Positions 27,350-37,544 of a stretch of DNA of 64,000 nt are shown here, piece by piece. Under the pieces are notes generated by a model. It was not told the origin of the DNA. It ran no database searches and saw nothing but the letters and a program-made list of their open reading frames with translations. Origin of the DNA: Crocinitomicaceae bacterium (GTDB taxonomy: Bacteria; Bacteroidota; Bacteroidia; Flavobacteriales_D; Crocinitomicaceae); NCBI GenBank assembly GCA_024643365.1, contig JAHENC010000004.1, positions 67,046 through 131,045 on the forward strand. The letters are read 5' to 3'. A program made the position numbers and the translations under genes. The stretch's first letter is position 1, and every line of letters begins with the position of its first letter.

Positions 27350-28753
27350 TTAAATGTGTAAAGCGCGATTATCTGTAGCAGCTAATGCAGCTTCTTTCAA
27401 TGCTTCAGAGTAAGTTGGGTGACCGTGACAAATACGTGCAATATCCTCTGCTGAAGCGCGGTATTCCATAGCAGTGACCGCTTCCATTATTAAGTCTGCG
27501 GCTCTTGGTGCGATCATGTGTACACCTAGAATTTCGTCAGTTTTTTCATCCGCTAAAACTTTGATGAAGCCACTTGTATCCATACTTGCACGTGCTCTTC
27601 CCAAAGCTTTGATTGGGAAACTTCCGGCTTTGTAGGCAATACCTGCAGCTTTCAATTCTTCTTCCGTTTTTCCAACAGCAGCAATTTCAGGCCAAGTATA
27701 AACAACGCCTGGAATCAAGTTGTAATTGATGTGTGGTTTTTGTCCAGCAATCATTTCCGCCACAAATACACCCTCTTCTTCAGCCTTGTGAGCGAGCATC
27801 GCACCACGAACTACGTCACCAATAGCGTAGATGTGACTTAATTTCGTTTGAAGGTGCTCATTTACGTCGATTTGACCTTTGTCTGTTGCACTTAACCCCG
27901 CGTTTTCTAAGTTTAATCCTTCCGTGTAAGGTTTTCTTCCAACTGCAACTAGGCAATAATCTGCTTCAAGCATTACGGTTTCACCTTTTTTATTTTCTGC
28001 TGTTAAAACAACTTTTTTGCCTTTATTTTCAACTTTCACTACACGGTGTTCCATGTGGAATTTGAATCCTTCTTTTTTCAGAATTTTAGTAAATTCTTTA
28101 CCAATTCCGGCGTCCATCGTTGGAAGAATCGTTGGAGCAAATTCAACGACTTCTACTTCTGCACCTAACCTCGCATAAACAGAACCAAGTTCAAGTCCAA
28201 TTACACCACCACCGATAACCAACATTCTTTTCGGAATTTCAGTCATATTCAAAGCCTCGGTTGAGGTGATGATGCGTTTTTTATCTGGTTCCATTCCTGG
28301 GAAAAAGTTTGGTTTTGAACCAGTTGCGATAATGATATTTTTTCCATGTAATGAAGTTTCTGAACCATCGGCTCCTTTCACCAAAATCGTATTCGCATCA
28401 GAAAAAGAACCAAGACCGTGATATACAGTCACTTTGTTTTTATCCATTAAAAATTTCACTCCAGCACAGGTTTGACTTACCACTTCATTTTTGCGGTTGA
28501 TCATTTGTGTCAGGTTTGCTTTTAACCCGGTAATTTCGATACCATGTGTTTGGAAATTGTGTTGCGCATTATAGAAATGCTCAGATGAATCCAATAATGC
28601 TTTAGATGGTATACAACCCACATTTAAACAAGTACCACCTAAGGTATTGTATTTTTCTACAAGCGCTGTTTTTAAACCAAGTTGAGCACATCGAAGTGCT
28701 GAAACATATCCACCTGGACCCGATCCTACTACAATTACATCAAAAGCATTCAT
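27350..28753 (-). CDS. lpdA: Dihydrolipoyl dehydrogenase
   Basis: 467 aa from ATG 28753 (MNAFDVIVVGSGPGGY). It has the redox-active GGTCLNVGCIPSK motif, a second dinucleotide fold (VIGGGVIGLELGS) and the C-terminal HGHPTYSE interface motif. Confidence 0.92.
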   Translation of the reverse strand: MNAFDVIVVGSGPGGYVSALRCAQLGLKTALVEKYNTLGGTCLNVGCIPSKALLDSSEHFYNAQHNFQTHGIEITGLKANLTQMINRKNEVVSQTCAGVKFLMDKNKVTVYHGLGSFSDANTILVKGADGSETSLHGKNIIIATGSKPNFFPGMEPDKKRIITSTEALNMTEIPKRMLVIGGGVIGLELGSVYARLGAEVEVVEFAPTILPTMDAGIGKEFTKILKKEGFKFHMEHRVVKVENKGKKVVLTAENKKGETVMLEADYCLVAVGRKPYTEGLNLENAGLSATDKGQIDVNEHLQTKLSHIYAIGDVVRGAMLAHKAEEEGVFVAEMIAGQKPHINYNLIPGVVYTWPEIAAVGKTEEELKAAGIAYKAGSFPIKALGRARASMDTSGFIKVLADEKTDEILGVHMIAPRAADLIMEAVTAMEYRASAEDIARICHGHPTYSEALKEAALAATDNRALHI

Positions 28754-28768
28754 CTCACAAATTTTTGT

Positions 28769-28776
28769 CAAAGTTA
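28769..28776 (-). promoter_or_regulatory. Candidate -7 promoter box (TAACTTTG on minus strand)
   Basis: The plus strand reads caaagtta, 15 nt upstream of the lpdA ATG at 28753. It overlaps the GTG (28780) used as the start in the ORF track. Confidence 0.4.
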
Positions 28777-28862
28777 GCACAACAATTCACAAGTTAAAAA
28801 CGGAAAGGAGATATCCGTAAATAAAAACAAACTCTTTTGAGATTTTTACGTTTATCAAATGG

Positions 28863-29657
28863 ATGAAAAATTATTTGATTATTGGTTATGGATGGCTTGG
28901 TAAAGCACTAGCCGAAGAGCTGAAAAGTGATGAATTGAAAATTTGGGCGAGTACTTCGGATGCCAATAAATTGATTGAAATAGAAGCGAATGGCTTTTTT
29001 GGCATTCCTTTAATTAAATCGAATCAAGTCCTTTCTTGGAAAGAAATCCCTGGGTGGCACTTCGACATAGTAATCATTACTTTACCACCATTTGAGGGTG
29101 TTCTTGAATCTTTAAAGAATTTACTGAATGCACTTTCGTTTACTCAACTTGTTTTTACGAGTTCAACAGGTGTTTACTTAGAGTCGAACACCTTGATTAA
29201 CGAATCATCACCTGTGGATGAAACACATTTGGTTCTCCAAATGGAGGCTTGTATCCGTTCGTTTACAACAACTAATCACCACATTCTTCGTTTGGCTGGC
29301 CATATTGGACCAAATCGACATCCTATTCGGTATTTTTTGCGTCACAGACGTCCCATTTCTAACGGACAAGCTCCTGTTAATTTGATTCATCAATCTGACA
29401 TCATAGCCGCAATTATTATTCTTTTAAACCACACTCAAAAAGACTCAATATATAACCTCTCTTGGCCGGAACATCCCTCAAAAGAGCAGTACTATGGTGA
29501 TTTGGCTCTGGAAATGGGAGAGGAAAAACTGACCTTTTTGGAGGGTAATGGTGGCAAGAAAATTGATGGGAGTAAAATCACCCAAGAAACAAGCTTTAAT
29601 TATGGCCATTCAATACACGAAATCAATATTTTAGATTTGAGAAAAGACAACATTTGA
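28863..29657 (+). CDS. NAD(P)-binding Rossmann-fold protein (atypical SDR/epimerase-like)
   Basis: 264 aa. The N-terminal dinucleotide-binding motif is LIIGYGWLGKALAEEL. The rest is compatible with an extended-SDR-like fold. The specific function is unknown. Confidence 0.55.
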   Translation: MKNYLIIGYGWLGKALAEELKSDELKIWASTSDANKLIEIEANGFFGIPLIKSNQVLSWKEIPGWHFDIVIITLPPFEGVLESLKNLLNALSFTQLVFTSSTGVYLESNTLINESSPVDETHLVLQMEACIRSFTTTNHHILRLAGHIGPNRHPIRYFLRHRRPISNGQAPVNLIHQSDIIAAIIILLNHTQKDSIYNLSWPEHPSKEQYYGDLALEMGEEKLTFLEGNGGKKIDGSKITQETSFNYGHSIHEINILDLRKDNI

Positions 29658-29667
29658 CCTATTTTTG
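29636..29667 (+). promoter_or_regulatory. Candidate full Bacteroidota promoter (TTTG-N20-TATTTTTG)
   Basis: A TTTG at 29636..29639 and a TATTTTTG at 29660..29667 are separated by 20 nt, matching the published Bacteroides/Flavobacterium -33/-7 consensus spacing. The -7 box overlaps the TTG start of the track ORF. The ATG at 29683 lies 15 nt downstream. Confidence 0.5.
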
Positions 29668-29682
29668 CGTATTAGTAGCAAC

Positions 29683-32355
29683 ATGAAGAATCTCTACCTT
29701 ATTATTTCCTTTTTCATGATCACGAATAGTTATGCGTCGCATATTATTGGTGGAGATATTTATTATGATTACTTGGGAAACAATCAGTATCGTTTTTTCA
29801 TTACTTTATATCGTGATTGTAATTCAACTGGGGCGCAATATGATGACCCTCTTGCTTTAACAATCTATAAAGCAAACAATGTGTTCTTTCAAAACATTCT
29901 TGTTCCTTTTCCAGGAAGCGTAGTTTTGCCAATTAATTTCAATAATCCGTGCGCCACACCTCCAAATAACATCTGTGTTGAGCGTGCGATCTATACAACG
30001 GTGGTCACCCTTCCACCGACTCCGGGTGGTTATGATGTCTCCTATCAGCGCTGTTGCAGAGGACCAAATATCACCAACTTATTGTTTCCTGATGATACCG
30101 GAATAACACTTACGACACACGTTCCTGGTTCAGATACTGGATTCACAGCAAATAGTAGTCCGCGTTTCTCGAATTATCCACCTGTGTTACTCTGCAATAA
30201 TGATGAACTAGTATTTAATCATGTTGCGACAGATCCAGATGGTGATCAGTTGGTCTATTCTTTAGTAACTCCATGGTCAGGAGCAAGTTCAACGAATCCC
30301 CAACCAACACAAGCTCCTGCACCGCCATATTTCCCGGTACAATGGAATGGAGGAACGTTTAATTCACAGCAACCATTAGGAGCAGGATCTTCCACCGTTA
30401 TTGATCCGGTAACGGGAATTCTTACGGTTAATCCAAACATGATTGGATTATTCGTTGTAGGCGTTTGCGTCAAAGAATATAGAAATGGTGTATTGGTTGG
30501 ACAAACAATTCGTGATTTCTTGTTTCGTGTTTTTGATTGCAACATCGTATTACAGGCGTTGTTACCGCTACAAACGCAACTCCCAACATTTGTTTCATAT
30601 TGTCAAGGACTGAATGTACCATTTGTAAATAATTCATACGGAGGAACTTCTTATGCTTGGAACTTTGGGGTACCAAATATCACGACTGATGTGAGTTCTC
30701 AGTTTGCTCCTAATTATACTTTCCCTTCTCCCGGAAATTACAATGTTCAGTTAATTGTTAACCCGGGAATGCCTTGTACGGATACAGCGTACATGAATGT
30801 GATTGTAAACAACCCTCTCAGTGTTTCTTGGTCTGCACAAGATTCCTTGTGTATTCTAGGAAATAATTTTGATTTTATCGCGAATGTGTCGAATCCCTCT
30901 GCTAGTCTGACTTGGGTATTGGATCCAAGTGCCAGTCAAACAAGTGGAACGGGGAACTCTGTATTCAATGTATCTTTTTCTACTCCTGGCTACCATGCAA
31001 TAGAAGTAATTGCCGACGATGGATTTTGTCAATTAAGTTACGTAGACTCCGTATTTATCTTTGATGTCCCAACCAGCAGTATTTCTGTTCCTCCTTTGGT
31101 TGAGTGCCTCGGATTCACCATACCATTTGGCAATAATTCTAGCTCAGCAATCAACTATTCATGGGATTTTAGCTTGGGATCGACAAGTGTTGGTCAAAGT
31201 ATCCTGCCAACACCAACCTTTACTTTTCCAGCACCCGGAGTTTACACTGTTCAATTAATTGCAAGTTCTTTTTCCACTTGTTCAGATACATCTCAAGTTC
31301 AGGTTACTATAAAAGAACCGTTAATCATGTCGATAAGTCATTCAGATTCCTTGTGCATTGATGAAACGTTCGATTTCCTTGCCACGGTTTCCGGACCTAA
31401 TAATGCGACCTACTATTGGGACTTTGGCGTGAATGCAAATCCCACGGCCTCTTCAAATTTAAGTGTACAAGATGTAAATTACATACAGGCAGGGAGTATG
31501 CCGGTATATTTCATTGGTCAATATGACAATTGTATCGATACCGTTAGTTCGCTGGTACAAATCTTTGGACATGCAACGATTGATTTCATGTTTATCAATA
31601 CCTTACAATGTGCTCCTTCACTTGCACAATTCGTAAATTTAAGTCAATCAGATGTGCCTACTCAATACCTTTGGAACTTCGGTGATGGAAACACGTCTAA
31701 CTCAGTAAATCCTAATCATATTTACCTTACCCCGGGAAATTATAGTGTTGGTTTAACCTTAAATCAGCTATACGGGTGTATGGATACACTTTATTTAATG
31801 CAACAGGATTTAGTCACGGTTAATCCTTCGCCAACTGCTGGTTTTATTGTCAATCCGGATAAGGTGGATGTGTGTCAGAATACCGTTTCTTTCTTCGATC
31901 AGTCTAGTGGAGCGACCAACTACCAATATGTTTTTGACAATCGGGAATACACCTCCAACCTGGCCAATTTTAGTCACGATTATATCAATTCAGGATCAGA
32001 TTACCCGATGCAAATTGTAGCCAATCAATTTGGATGTCGAGATACCGCAAGACGAACGGTAATGGTGGAACCATTTTCAATATATATCCCAAACACATTT
32101 ATTCCTGATGAGAATAATCGAAATGAGTTATTTATTCCAGTAACTGATTTTGAGGTTGTTGCGTGGGAGTTTAGTATTTACAATCGATGGGGAGAAGTGA
32201 TCTTTCAAACCAATGATCCAAAGCAAGCATGGGATGGAAGATTGGATGGTGTTATGTGTCAAGATGGATTGTATACTTACAAGTTAAAATTCCGTTCTTG
32301 TGACAAACCATATATTTGGCAAGCCCTAGATGGATTCGTAACCTTGATTAGGTAA
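29683..32355 (+). CDS. Large PKD-repeat adhesin-like protein with T9SS type B (gliding motility-associated) C-terminal domain
   Basis: Start refined to ATG 29683 (MKNLYLIISFFMITNSYA, a signal peptide). The N-terminal module is SHIIGGDIYYDYLGNNQYRFFITLYRDC. Several PKD-like modules follow (WNFGV..., WDFSLG..., WNFGDGNTSN...). The C-terminal type B domain reads YIPNTFIPDENNRNELF...YNRWGEVIF...WDGRLDG. Confidence 0.8.
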   Translation: MKNLYLIISFFMITNSYASHIIGGDIYYDYLGNNQYRFFITLYRDCNSTGAQYDDPLALTIYKANNVFFQNILVPFPGSVVLPINFNNPCATPPNNICVERAIYTTVVTLPPTPGGYDVSYQRCCRGPNITNLLFPDDTGITLTTHVPGSDTGFTANSSPRFSNYPPVLLCNNDELVFNHVATDPDGDQLVYSLVTPWSGASSTNPQPTQAPAPPYFPVQWNGGTFNSQQPLGAGSSTVIDPVTGILTVNPNMIGLFVVGVCVKEYRNGVLVGQTIRDFLFRVFDCNIVLQALLPLQTQLPTFVSYCQGLNVPFVNNSYGGTSYAWNFGVPNITTDVSSQFAPNYTFPSPGNYNVQLIVNPGMPCTDTAYMNVIVNNPLSVSWSAQDSLCILGNNFDFIANVSNPSASLTWVLDPSASQTSGTGNSVFNVSFSTPGYHAIEVIADDGFCQLSYVDSVFIFDVPTSSISVPPLVECLGFTIPFGNNSSSAINYSWDFSLGSTSVGQSILPTPTFTFPAPGVYTVQLIASSFSTCSDTSQVQVTIKEPLIMSISHSDSLCIDETFDFLATVSGPNNATYYWDFGVNANPTASSNLSVQDVNYIQAGSMPVYFIGQYDNCIDTVSSLVQIFGHATIDFMFINTLQCAPSLAQFVNLSQSDVPTQYLWNFGDGNTSNSVNPNHIYLTPGNYSVGLTLNQLYGCMDTLYLMQQDLVTVNPSPTAGFIVNPDKVDVCQNTVSFFDQSSGATNYQYVFDNREYTSNLANFSHDYINSGSDYPMQIVANQFGCRDTARRTVMVEPFSIYIPNTFIPDENNRNELFIPVTDFEVVAWEFSIYNRWGEVIFQTNDPKQAWDGRLDGVMCQDGLYTYKLKFRSCDKPYIWQALDGFVTLIR

Positions 32356-32357
32356 GC

Positions 32358-33083
32358 CTACTTGCGTAAAACGAAATTTTGACCGAGGTATACTTTTCTT
32401 ACCTGTTCATCAGATGCTAATTCTTCCGCGGTGCCAGATTTCAGGATACTTCCTTCAAAAAGTAAATAGGCACGATCAGTAATAGACAAAGTTTCTTGAA
32501 CATTGTGGTCCGTAATGAGGATGCCGATATTGCGTTTCTTTAATTCTGAAATAATGCTTTGAATGTCCTCAACGGCAATTGGATCTACACCTGCGAATGG
32601 TTCATCCAATAGGACAAATTTTGGATTCGTTGCTAAGGCTCTGGCAATTTCTGTTCTTCTTTTTTCTCCACCCGACAAGCGATTTCCAAGATTTTTCCGA
32701 ACATGCGTTAGACTAAATTCCTCCAGCAGCTGTTCCAATTTTTCAGATCGTTCTTCTTTAGTCAGATCAGTCATTTCGAGAATCGCCATGATGTTATCTT
32801 CCACGCTCAATTTGCGAAAAACAGAAACTTCTTGTGGAAGGTAGCCAATTCCCATTTGTGCACGTTTGTACATGGGTAGTTTCGTGATTTCAACATCATC
32901 TAAAAAAACGGAGCCTTCATCTGGACGAACTAATCCAACCATCATGTAAAAGGACGTGGTTTTTCCAGCACCGTTTGGCCCTAAAAGTCCAACGATTTCA
33001 CCTTGGTTCACTTCTACCGAAACACCATTAACAACAGGTCTTCCTTTATAGGTTTTTCGAATATGTTCAGTGTACAATTTCAC
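32358..33083 (-). CDS. lptB: LPS export ABC transporter ATP-binding protein LptB
   Basis: 241 aa with Walker A (GPNGAGKTT), the ABC signature (LSGGEKRR) and Walker B (FVLLDEP). The N-terminus (L....I.K.Y..R.VV..VS) and the C-terminal extension are typical of LptB. Confidence 0.88.
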   Translation of the reverse strand: MKLYTEHIRKTYKGRPVVNGVSVEVNQGEIVGLLGPNGAGKTTSFYMMVGLVRPDEGSVFLDDVEITKLPMYKRAQMGIGYLPQEVSVFRKLSVEDNIMAILEMTDLTKEERSEKLEQLLEEFSLTHVRKNLGNRLSGGEKRRTEIARALATNPKFVLLDEPFAGVDPIAVEDIQSIISELKKRNIGILITDHNVQETLSITDRAYLLFEGSILKSGTAEELASDEQVRKVYLGQNFVLRK

Positions 33084-33095
33084 GATACGAAGGTA

Positions 33096-35546
33096 TTAAA
33101 AATTCAAGGCATAACGCGCACGTATTCCAAATGGACTTTGTCCAGGAATGGGATGGGTCATTCGCCAAACTAAATCAATACGAATGACTTTCACAATGTT
33201 CTCAATACCAATGGAAGTCTCCATGTACGGAACACCATTAAATCGTTTCACAAAATCAGGAATTAACATGGCTTGTTCATGTTTCTGACTGATGTCACCG
33301 TAAAGAATTCTTCCGGTGGATACAAGACGGAGGTTCATTTTTTTCACCAAAGGAATGCGGTCAAAGAACAATCCTTCCCAATGATTTTCGACAAAACCAG
33401 TGATGTATTTGTCACTGATGAATTCCATGAAGTTTAATTTATTAAAGGTGCTTGTCAACAACCACAAAGATTGATTCCCTTCATGAACCTTCAGAAAAGG
33501 GTAGGCAGTGGTTCCAAAGATATATCCAGCGGTAACACCATAACGCATTCGACCCAAGACACCTAATTGCGTATTATGTTCCATTTGGAATTCTAAACGT
33601 TGGTAGTTGTACTCACTTCCAAAAATATTTTTCATACCAATGATTGCTTGAAGCGAAAAAATCGGGTATACCGATCTTAGACTTGTTCTGTCAAAATAAC
33701 CAGATATAAATTCTTCACCTTTTGTCCATCTAACGCGTCCGATGAACTCAAACGTTTTAATGTTTGACACATTTATCGTATCGAAATTGAGTACACGTTG
33801 ATAATTCGCTAAACCGAGAGGAGTGTAACTTTTCCATTCGAATCCACCATAAAGAATGAGGTCCTTTTTAATGTCTTTTTCTAAATTCAGTCCTACCTTA
33901 TTTACGAAAGTCAATTTATCAAAAGGTGCTGTATTGAAAACGGTTGCGAAGGTACTGCCCATTGAGGCCGCAGTGGGAGATTGACCAATTTGTTCAATGT
34001 CATACGAGTAAATTCCAGTAAGCATCCCTCGTTTTTTTGGTGTGATGTTATACCGTATTTTTCCTGCATATTTCAGTTTCTCATCTTCAAAACCATAGGC
34101 TACTCTTCCTCCGAGCTCAAGTCGTTTAGAGAAATCATTTGAAGTTCTAAGTGCGAAGGCCACGCGGTAATTCTCTACTGGATTCTTGCTTATTAAGGAA
34201 GTGGCGTTTCCTAATTCAATTTTATGTAATGGAAAATAACCGGTTGTGGCAAAGTAGACCAATTTTTTCATAGACTTATAAAAGCTCGTTTTACTAAGTG
34301 AATCAACCATTTCTTCAATGTGTTTTTCTTGCACATTTAATGTAATGGGACGATTACTTTGCCAGTAATCAGCATTCCTCACTTTTGCACTATCGCTGAT
34401 TTCAACGGAATTATTGGCGTAAAACGAGTTATCCTTTGCTTGATTTATGACAAAGTCACTTCGTTTACTGTATTTTCGTCCAAACATCCCTAAGACCTTT
34501 GAATCTTCATTTAACCTAAACTCCAAAATAAGTCGTTCCTCGGTGAGCATCCACACTTCGTTTTGAACTTGATCGAAAACGTGTTCAAAGTAGAAATTTT
34601 GAATGTAGTTGAGATTGGCATCGGGAGAAATAGACGCTTTAATTTGTTTAACGGCGTAGGTTGTGTCATTAATCCACATTTCACCAGTAAAAGCAAGGTC
34701 ACCGGTTCTTTTAGGTTCAAAACGTAATTTGTAACACCAATCAGATCCAATGAAGCTGGAATCTTCTAGTACAAATTGATAATAAGATCTAGCAAAAGGT
34801 GCAAGTGGGCTGATAAATGATTTATTAAATAGATCATAAATATTGTCATAAACATTTAAATCTAAATACATATCCCCGAGGAACTGATTTACCTGAACGT
34901 TTTCTATCCCAGTAATTTTGGTAGCTTGAACAACCTCCTTTTTCTGTTTAGGTTGATTTTTGAAATAAAAATCAGATATTGACTCGGTTAAAATAACGGG
35001 TAAATAGGTGTTGCCATCGCTTGTAGAATCCAAATAATTCATGACTAGATCCATTCGTTTAACAAGTCCATTTTGTTGGAACTTATCACCTAAATTATTC
35101 AGGTCTAATTGAATTTTATTGTATAGATTGTATTGATAGGCACCTAATTTCTCTTTATTATTTATTGGTTTATTGGCAATCACCTTTTTATGCAATGCCA
35201 CTGCCGGCGATTCACTAGAAATCATCACCACAACATCTTTGTAATCGGTTGATTGAACAGCTAACTGAATTTTTAGTGCTTGTTCAACATCCTTTTTAAT
35301 TTTAATGGACTGTGTCTTGAATCCAATGAATTGAACTTGAATGGAGTCCGTGGCGTAATAACTTTGAAGAAAAAATGCTCCAACTGTATCCGTTAGCGTC
35401 CCAATTTTCGTTCCAGAAAATCGAACTCTTGCGTAGGGGATTGGCTCGCCCTTTTCATCTAAAACGGTTCCCTTCACCGTTGTTGTTTGACTGAATGACA
35501 GTATTGGGGCGAAAAGCAACAAAAAAAGCAGCAGTCGAGTCTTCAT
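33096..35546 (-). CDS. DUF5686-like outer-membrane protein with N-terminal carboxypeptidase-regulatory-like domain
   Basis: About 816 aa from ATG 35546 (MKTRLLLFLLLFAPILSFSQ). A CarboxypepD_reg-like segment (TVKGTVLDEKGEPIPYARVRFSGTKIGTLTDTVGAFFL) is followed by a long beta-rich region ending in aromatic ...RYALNF. Confidence 0.7.
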   Translation of the reverse strand: MKTRLLLFLLLFAPILSFSQTTTVKGTVLDEKGEPIPYARVRFSGTKIGTLTDTVGAFFLQSYYATDSIQVQFIGFKTQSIKIKKDVEQALKIQLAVQSTDYKDVVVMISSESPAVALHKKVIANKPINNKEKLGAYQYNLYNKIQLDLNNLGDKFQQNGLVKRMDLVMNYLDSTSDGNTYLPVILTESISDFYFKNQPKQKKEVVQATKITGIENVQVNQFLGDMYLDLNVYDNIYDLFNKSFISPLAPFARSYYQFVLEDSSFIGSDWCYKLRFEPKRTGDLAFTGEMWINDTTYAVKQIKASISPDANLNYIQNFYFEHVFDQVQNEVWMLTEERLILEFRLNEDSKVLGMFGRKYSKRSDFVINQAKDNSFYANNSVEISDSAKVRNADYWQSNRPITLNVQEKHIEEMVDSLSKTSFYKSMKKLVYFATTGYFPLHKIELGNATSLISKNPVENYRVAFALRTSNDFSKRLELGGRVAYGFEDEKLKYAGKIRYNITPKKRGMLTGIYSYDIEQIGQSPTAASMGSTFATVFNTAPFDKLTFVNKVGLNLEKDIKKDLILYGGFEWKSYTPLGLANYQRVLNFDTINVSNIKTFEFIGRVRWTKGEEFISGYFDRTSLRSVYPIFSLQAIIGMKNIFGSEYNYQRLEFQMEHNTQLGVLGRMRYGVTAGYIFGTTAYPFLKVHEGNQSLWLLTSTFNKLNFMEFISDKYITGFVENHWEGLFFDRIPLVKKMNLRLVSTGRILYGDISQKHEQAMLIPDFVKRFNGVPYMETSIGIENIVKVIRIDLVWRMTHPIPGQSPFGIRARYALNF

Positions 35547-35556
35547 ATGTATTCGC

Positions 35557-36336
35557 TTATTCTTGCTGATTTTTAGCAACACGTTTGGCTACAAGAACAC
35601 TGATTTCGAATAACAAGTAAATGGGAATTGTGACAATCACTTGTGAAATCACATCCGGAGGAGTAATGACAGCCGCCAAAATCAAAATAACAACAACTGC
35701 GTGTTTTCGGTATTTAACCAGAAATTCAGGTGTAAAAAGTCCAATTTTGACCAGTAAGTAAGTCACAACGGGGAGCAAAAAGAACAAACCTGTATAAAAT
35801 ACCGTCGATAGAATAGTGCTCATGTAAGAACTGATAGTAAAATCATTTCTGATTTTATCTGTGATTTGAAACGCGCCAAAAAATTGGACGCTCAGTGGCG
35901 CCACAACGAAATAACCAAAGAGAATGCCCGTAAAGAAAAGGATGCTGACATAAAAGACAATTCCTTTGGCCATTTTGCGCTCCTTGAATTTTAGACCAGG
36001 TTTAACAAAAGACCACAGTTGATAGAAAATGTAAGGAAAAGCTAAAACGGCACCACCCATGATACTCATCATTAAGGCGTACGAAAATTGACCAGACAAG
36101 GTCATGCTTTGAAAGTTGACAGGAATTTTGTCAATGCAAACGTTTAAGTATTCGCATAACAGTCTAAAGGTCACAAAGTTCGGGTCGACCATAATTAGGA
36201 AAACGTTCTCCATAATTTCCTTTTGGTAAATCCAAATGACAATTGCAAAAATAACTACAGCAATTGCAGAACGCATGAGCCTCCATCTTAGTTCTTCTAA
36301 GTGATCAAGAAAGGACATTTGCTTGTTGTCTGACAT
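35557..36336 (-). CDS. tatC: Twin-arginine translocase subunit TatC
   Basis: 259 aa. The N-terminus MSFLDHLEELRWRL matches the TatC consensus, and six TM helices follow. Confidence 0.9.
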   Translation of the reverse strand: MSDNKQMSFLDHLEELRWRLMRSAIAVVIFAIVIWIYQKEIMENVFLIMVDPNFVTFRLLCEYLNVCIDKIPVNFQSMTLSGQFSYALMMSIMGGAVLAFPYIFYQLWSFVKPGLKFKERKMAKGIVFYVSILFFTGILFGYFVVAPLSVQFFGAFQITDKIRNDFTISSYMSTILSTVFYTGLFFLLPVVTYLLVKIGLFTPEFLVKYRKHAVVVILILAAVITPPDVISQVIVTIPIYLLFEISVLVAKRVAKNQQE

Positions 36337-36340
36337 GATG

Positions 36341-36348
36341 CAAAAGTA
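36341..36348 (-). promoter_or_regulatory. Candidate -7 promoter box (TACTTTTG on minus strand) 4 nt from the ATG (leaderless geometry)
   Basis: The minus strand reads TACTTTTGcatcATG, with the tatC ATG at 36336..36334. Confidence 0.4.
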
Positions 36349-36434
36349 GTGATTTTCTCTCTCCTACAAATGAAGTTTTTAGAACGTAAATTGTTTACGA
36401 CCTTAACCCTCAACTTTGTTTAAAATTAACGGCT

Positions 36435-36749
36435 ATGGAAAAGAAATTTGAATTAAAAGAAATGTGGTTTAACAACACAGACGCAGAAGTTGTATTAACA
36501 GGAGTATTACACAAAGAATTTCTTCAATATGACACGAAGGTTCACATGCCAATTACGCGATTAAATGCTTTGGTGAATTTACTTCAAAAAAACAACGATC
36601 AATTTGATCTATACGACCATATGTGTTGTTTTAATTTGGGATTCGTTACCGAGTACAATGTGGTGTTACCGGCTGAACTGAACCGAATGTTTACACAGCA
36701 AGAGTTGGAAGGTGAGGCGTTGGTTCCGTTAAAACAAATCCGAGCTTAA
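36435..36749 (+). CDS. Hypothetical protein
   Basis: 104-aa ORF with an ATG start and no motif I recognise. Its 3' end overlaps the convergent lipoprotein gene by 4 nt. Confidence 0.4.
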   Translation: MEKKFELKEMWFNNTDAEVVLTGVLHKEFLQYDTKVHMPITRLNALVNLLQKNNDQFDLYDHMCCFNLGFVTEYNVVLPAELNRMFTQQELEGEALVPLKQIRA

Positions 36750-37108
36750 GGCTGGATGTAAACGGTTTCTTCGTTTACTTTTTCCGCTTCGATTTTGATA
36801 ATACCAGCGCCAGATTTGTTGCCTTTTTTTGCATCAATATCCAAAACTGCAACACCTGCTTGTCCAAGTTGGTAGAGTTCGTTGTAGTTAAATGTTGCCA
36901 TCCCGTTAAGATTCGTGTAGGCAGTATCGAAAACAGCAACTTGTTGAGGAGTTCCTTGTGTGTTTGTACCGTATAAAACAACCATTGCGTTACTCACACT
37001 TGCATTATTTTCATCCTTAATATAAATGTTAGCAACAGTATCTAATTTTTTTCTACAAGATGTAGAAACAATAACAGAAAGGATTGCTAGAACAATGATA
37101 TTTTTCAT
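36746..37108 (-). CDS. Small lipoprotein, paralog 1 of a tandem triplet (beta-sandwich-like)
   Basis: 120 aa with a lipobox (VSTSC). It shares NAMVVL...DTAYTNLNGMATFN..ELY..GQAGVAVL...IKIEAEK.N...VYIQ with the 37545..37943 product. Confidence 0.55.
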   Translation of the reverse strand: MKNIIVLAILSVIVSTSCRKKLDTVANIYIKDENNASVSNAMVVLYGTNTQGTPQQVAVFDTAYTNLNGMATFNYNELYQLGQAGVAVLDIDAKKGNKSGAGIIKIEAEKVNEETVYIQP

Positions 37109-37119
37109 CTCAGTTTAAT

Positions 37120-37491
37120 TTAGTTCGGTAAGTATATTGTTTTAACCGTTGTCGTGTGAACACGACAACGCGCATAATCGTATGCTACTTTATTGTTGTA
37201 TTTTACAATGATATCGAAATAACCAGTTGTATTTTCTTCACCAGAAACGTTGAAATACTGGTCCATATCAACAACTGCGAATCCAGAAGCATTCGAAAAT
37301 ACAGTATCAACAAAAGGCAGTGTTACTGGATTAGATTGTTGGTCACCAATGACGATAACTTTAGCTCCGTCCATTAGTTGATTCGATGATGAGCGAACAA
37401 ACACCTTCAATACAGCAGGATCTTTGGACTCACAAGAAACACTGATTAAGATAACTAAACTCAGTGTAAGTAGGTTAAAAAAGGTTTTCAT
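37120..37491 (-). CDS. Small lipoprotein, paralog 2 of a tandem triplet
   Basis: 123 aa with a lipobox (ISVSC). It shares GAKVIVIG...DTVFSNASGFAVVDMDQYF with its neighbours. It lies 11 nt upstream of paralog 1. Confidence 0.55.
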   Translation of the reverse strand: MKTFFNLLTLSLVILISVSCESKDPAVLKVFVRSSSNQLMDGAKVIVIGDQQSNPVTLPFVDTVFSNASGFAVVDMDQYFNVSGEENTTGYFDIIVKYNNKVAYDYARCRVHTTTVKTIYLPN

Positions 37492-37507
37492 ATTGGTTCG
37501 AAAGTTT

Positions 37508-37515
37508 CAAATTTA
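37508..37515 (-). promoter_or_regulatory. Candidate -7 promoter box (TAAATTTG on minus strand)
   Basis: The plus strand reads caaattta, 16 nt upstream of the ATG at 37491. Confidence 0.4.
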
Positions 37516-37544
37516 CATTATTTTTTTTAAATGCTCAAATAGCT

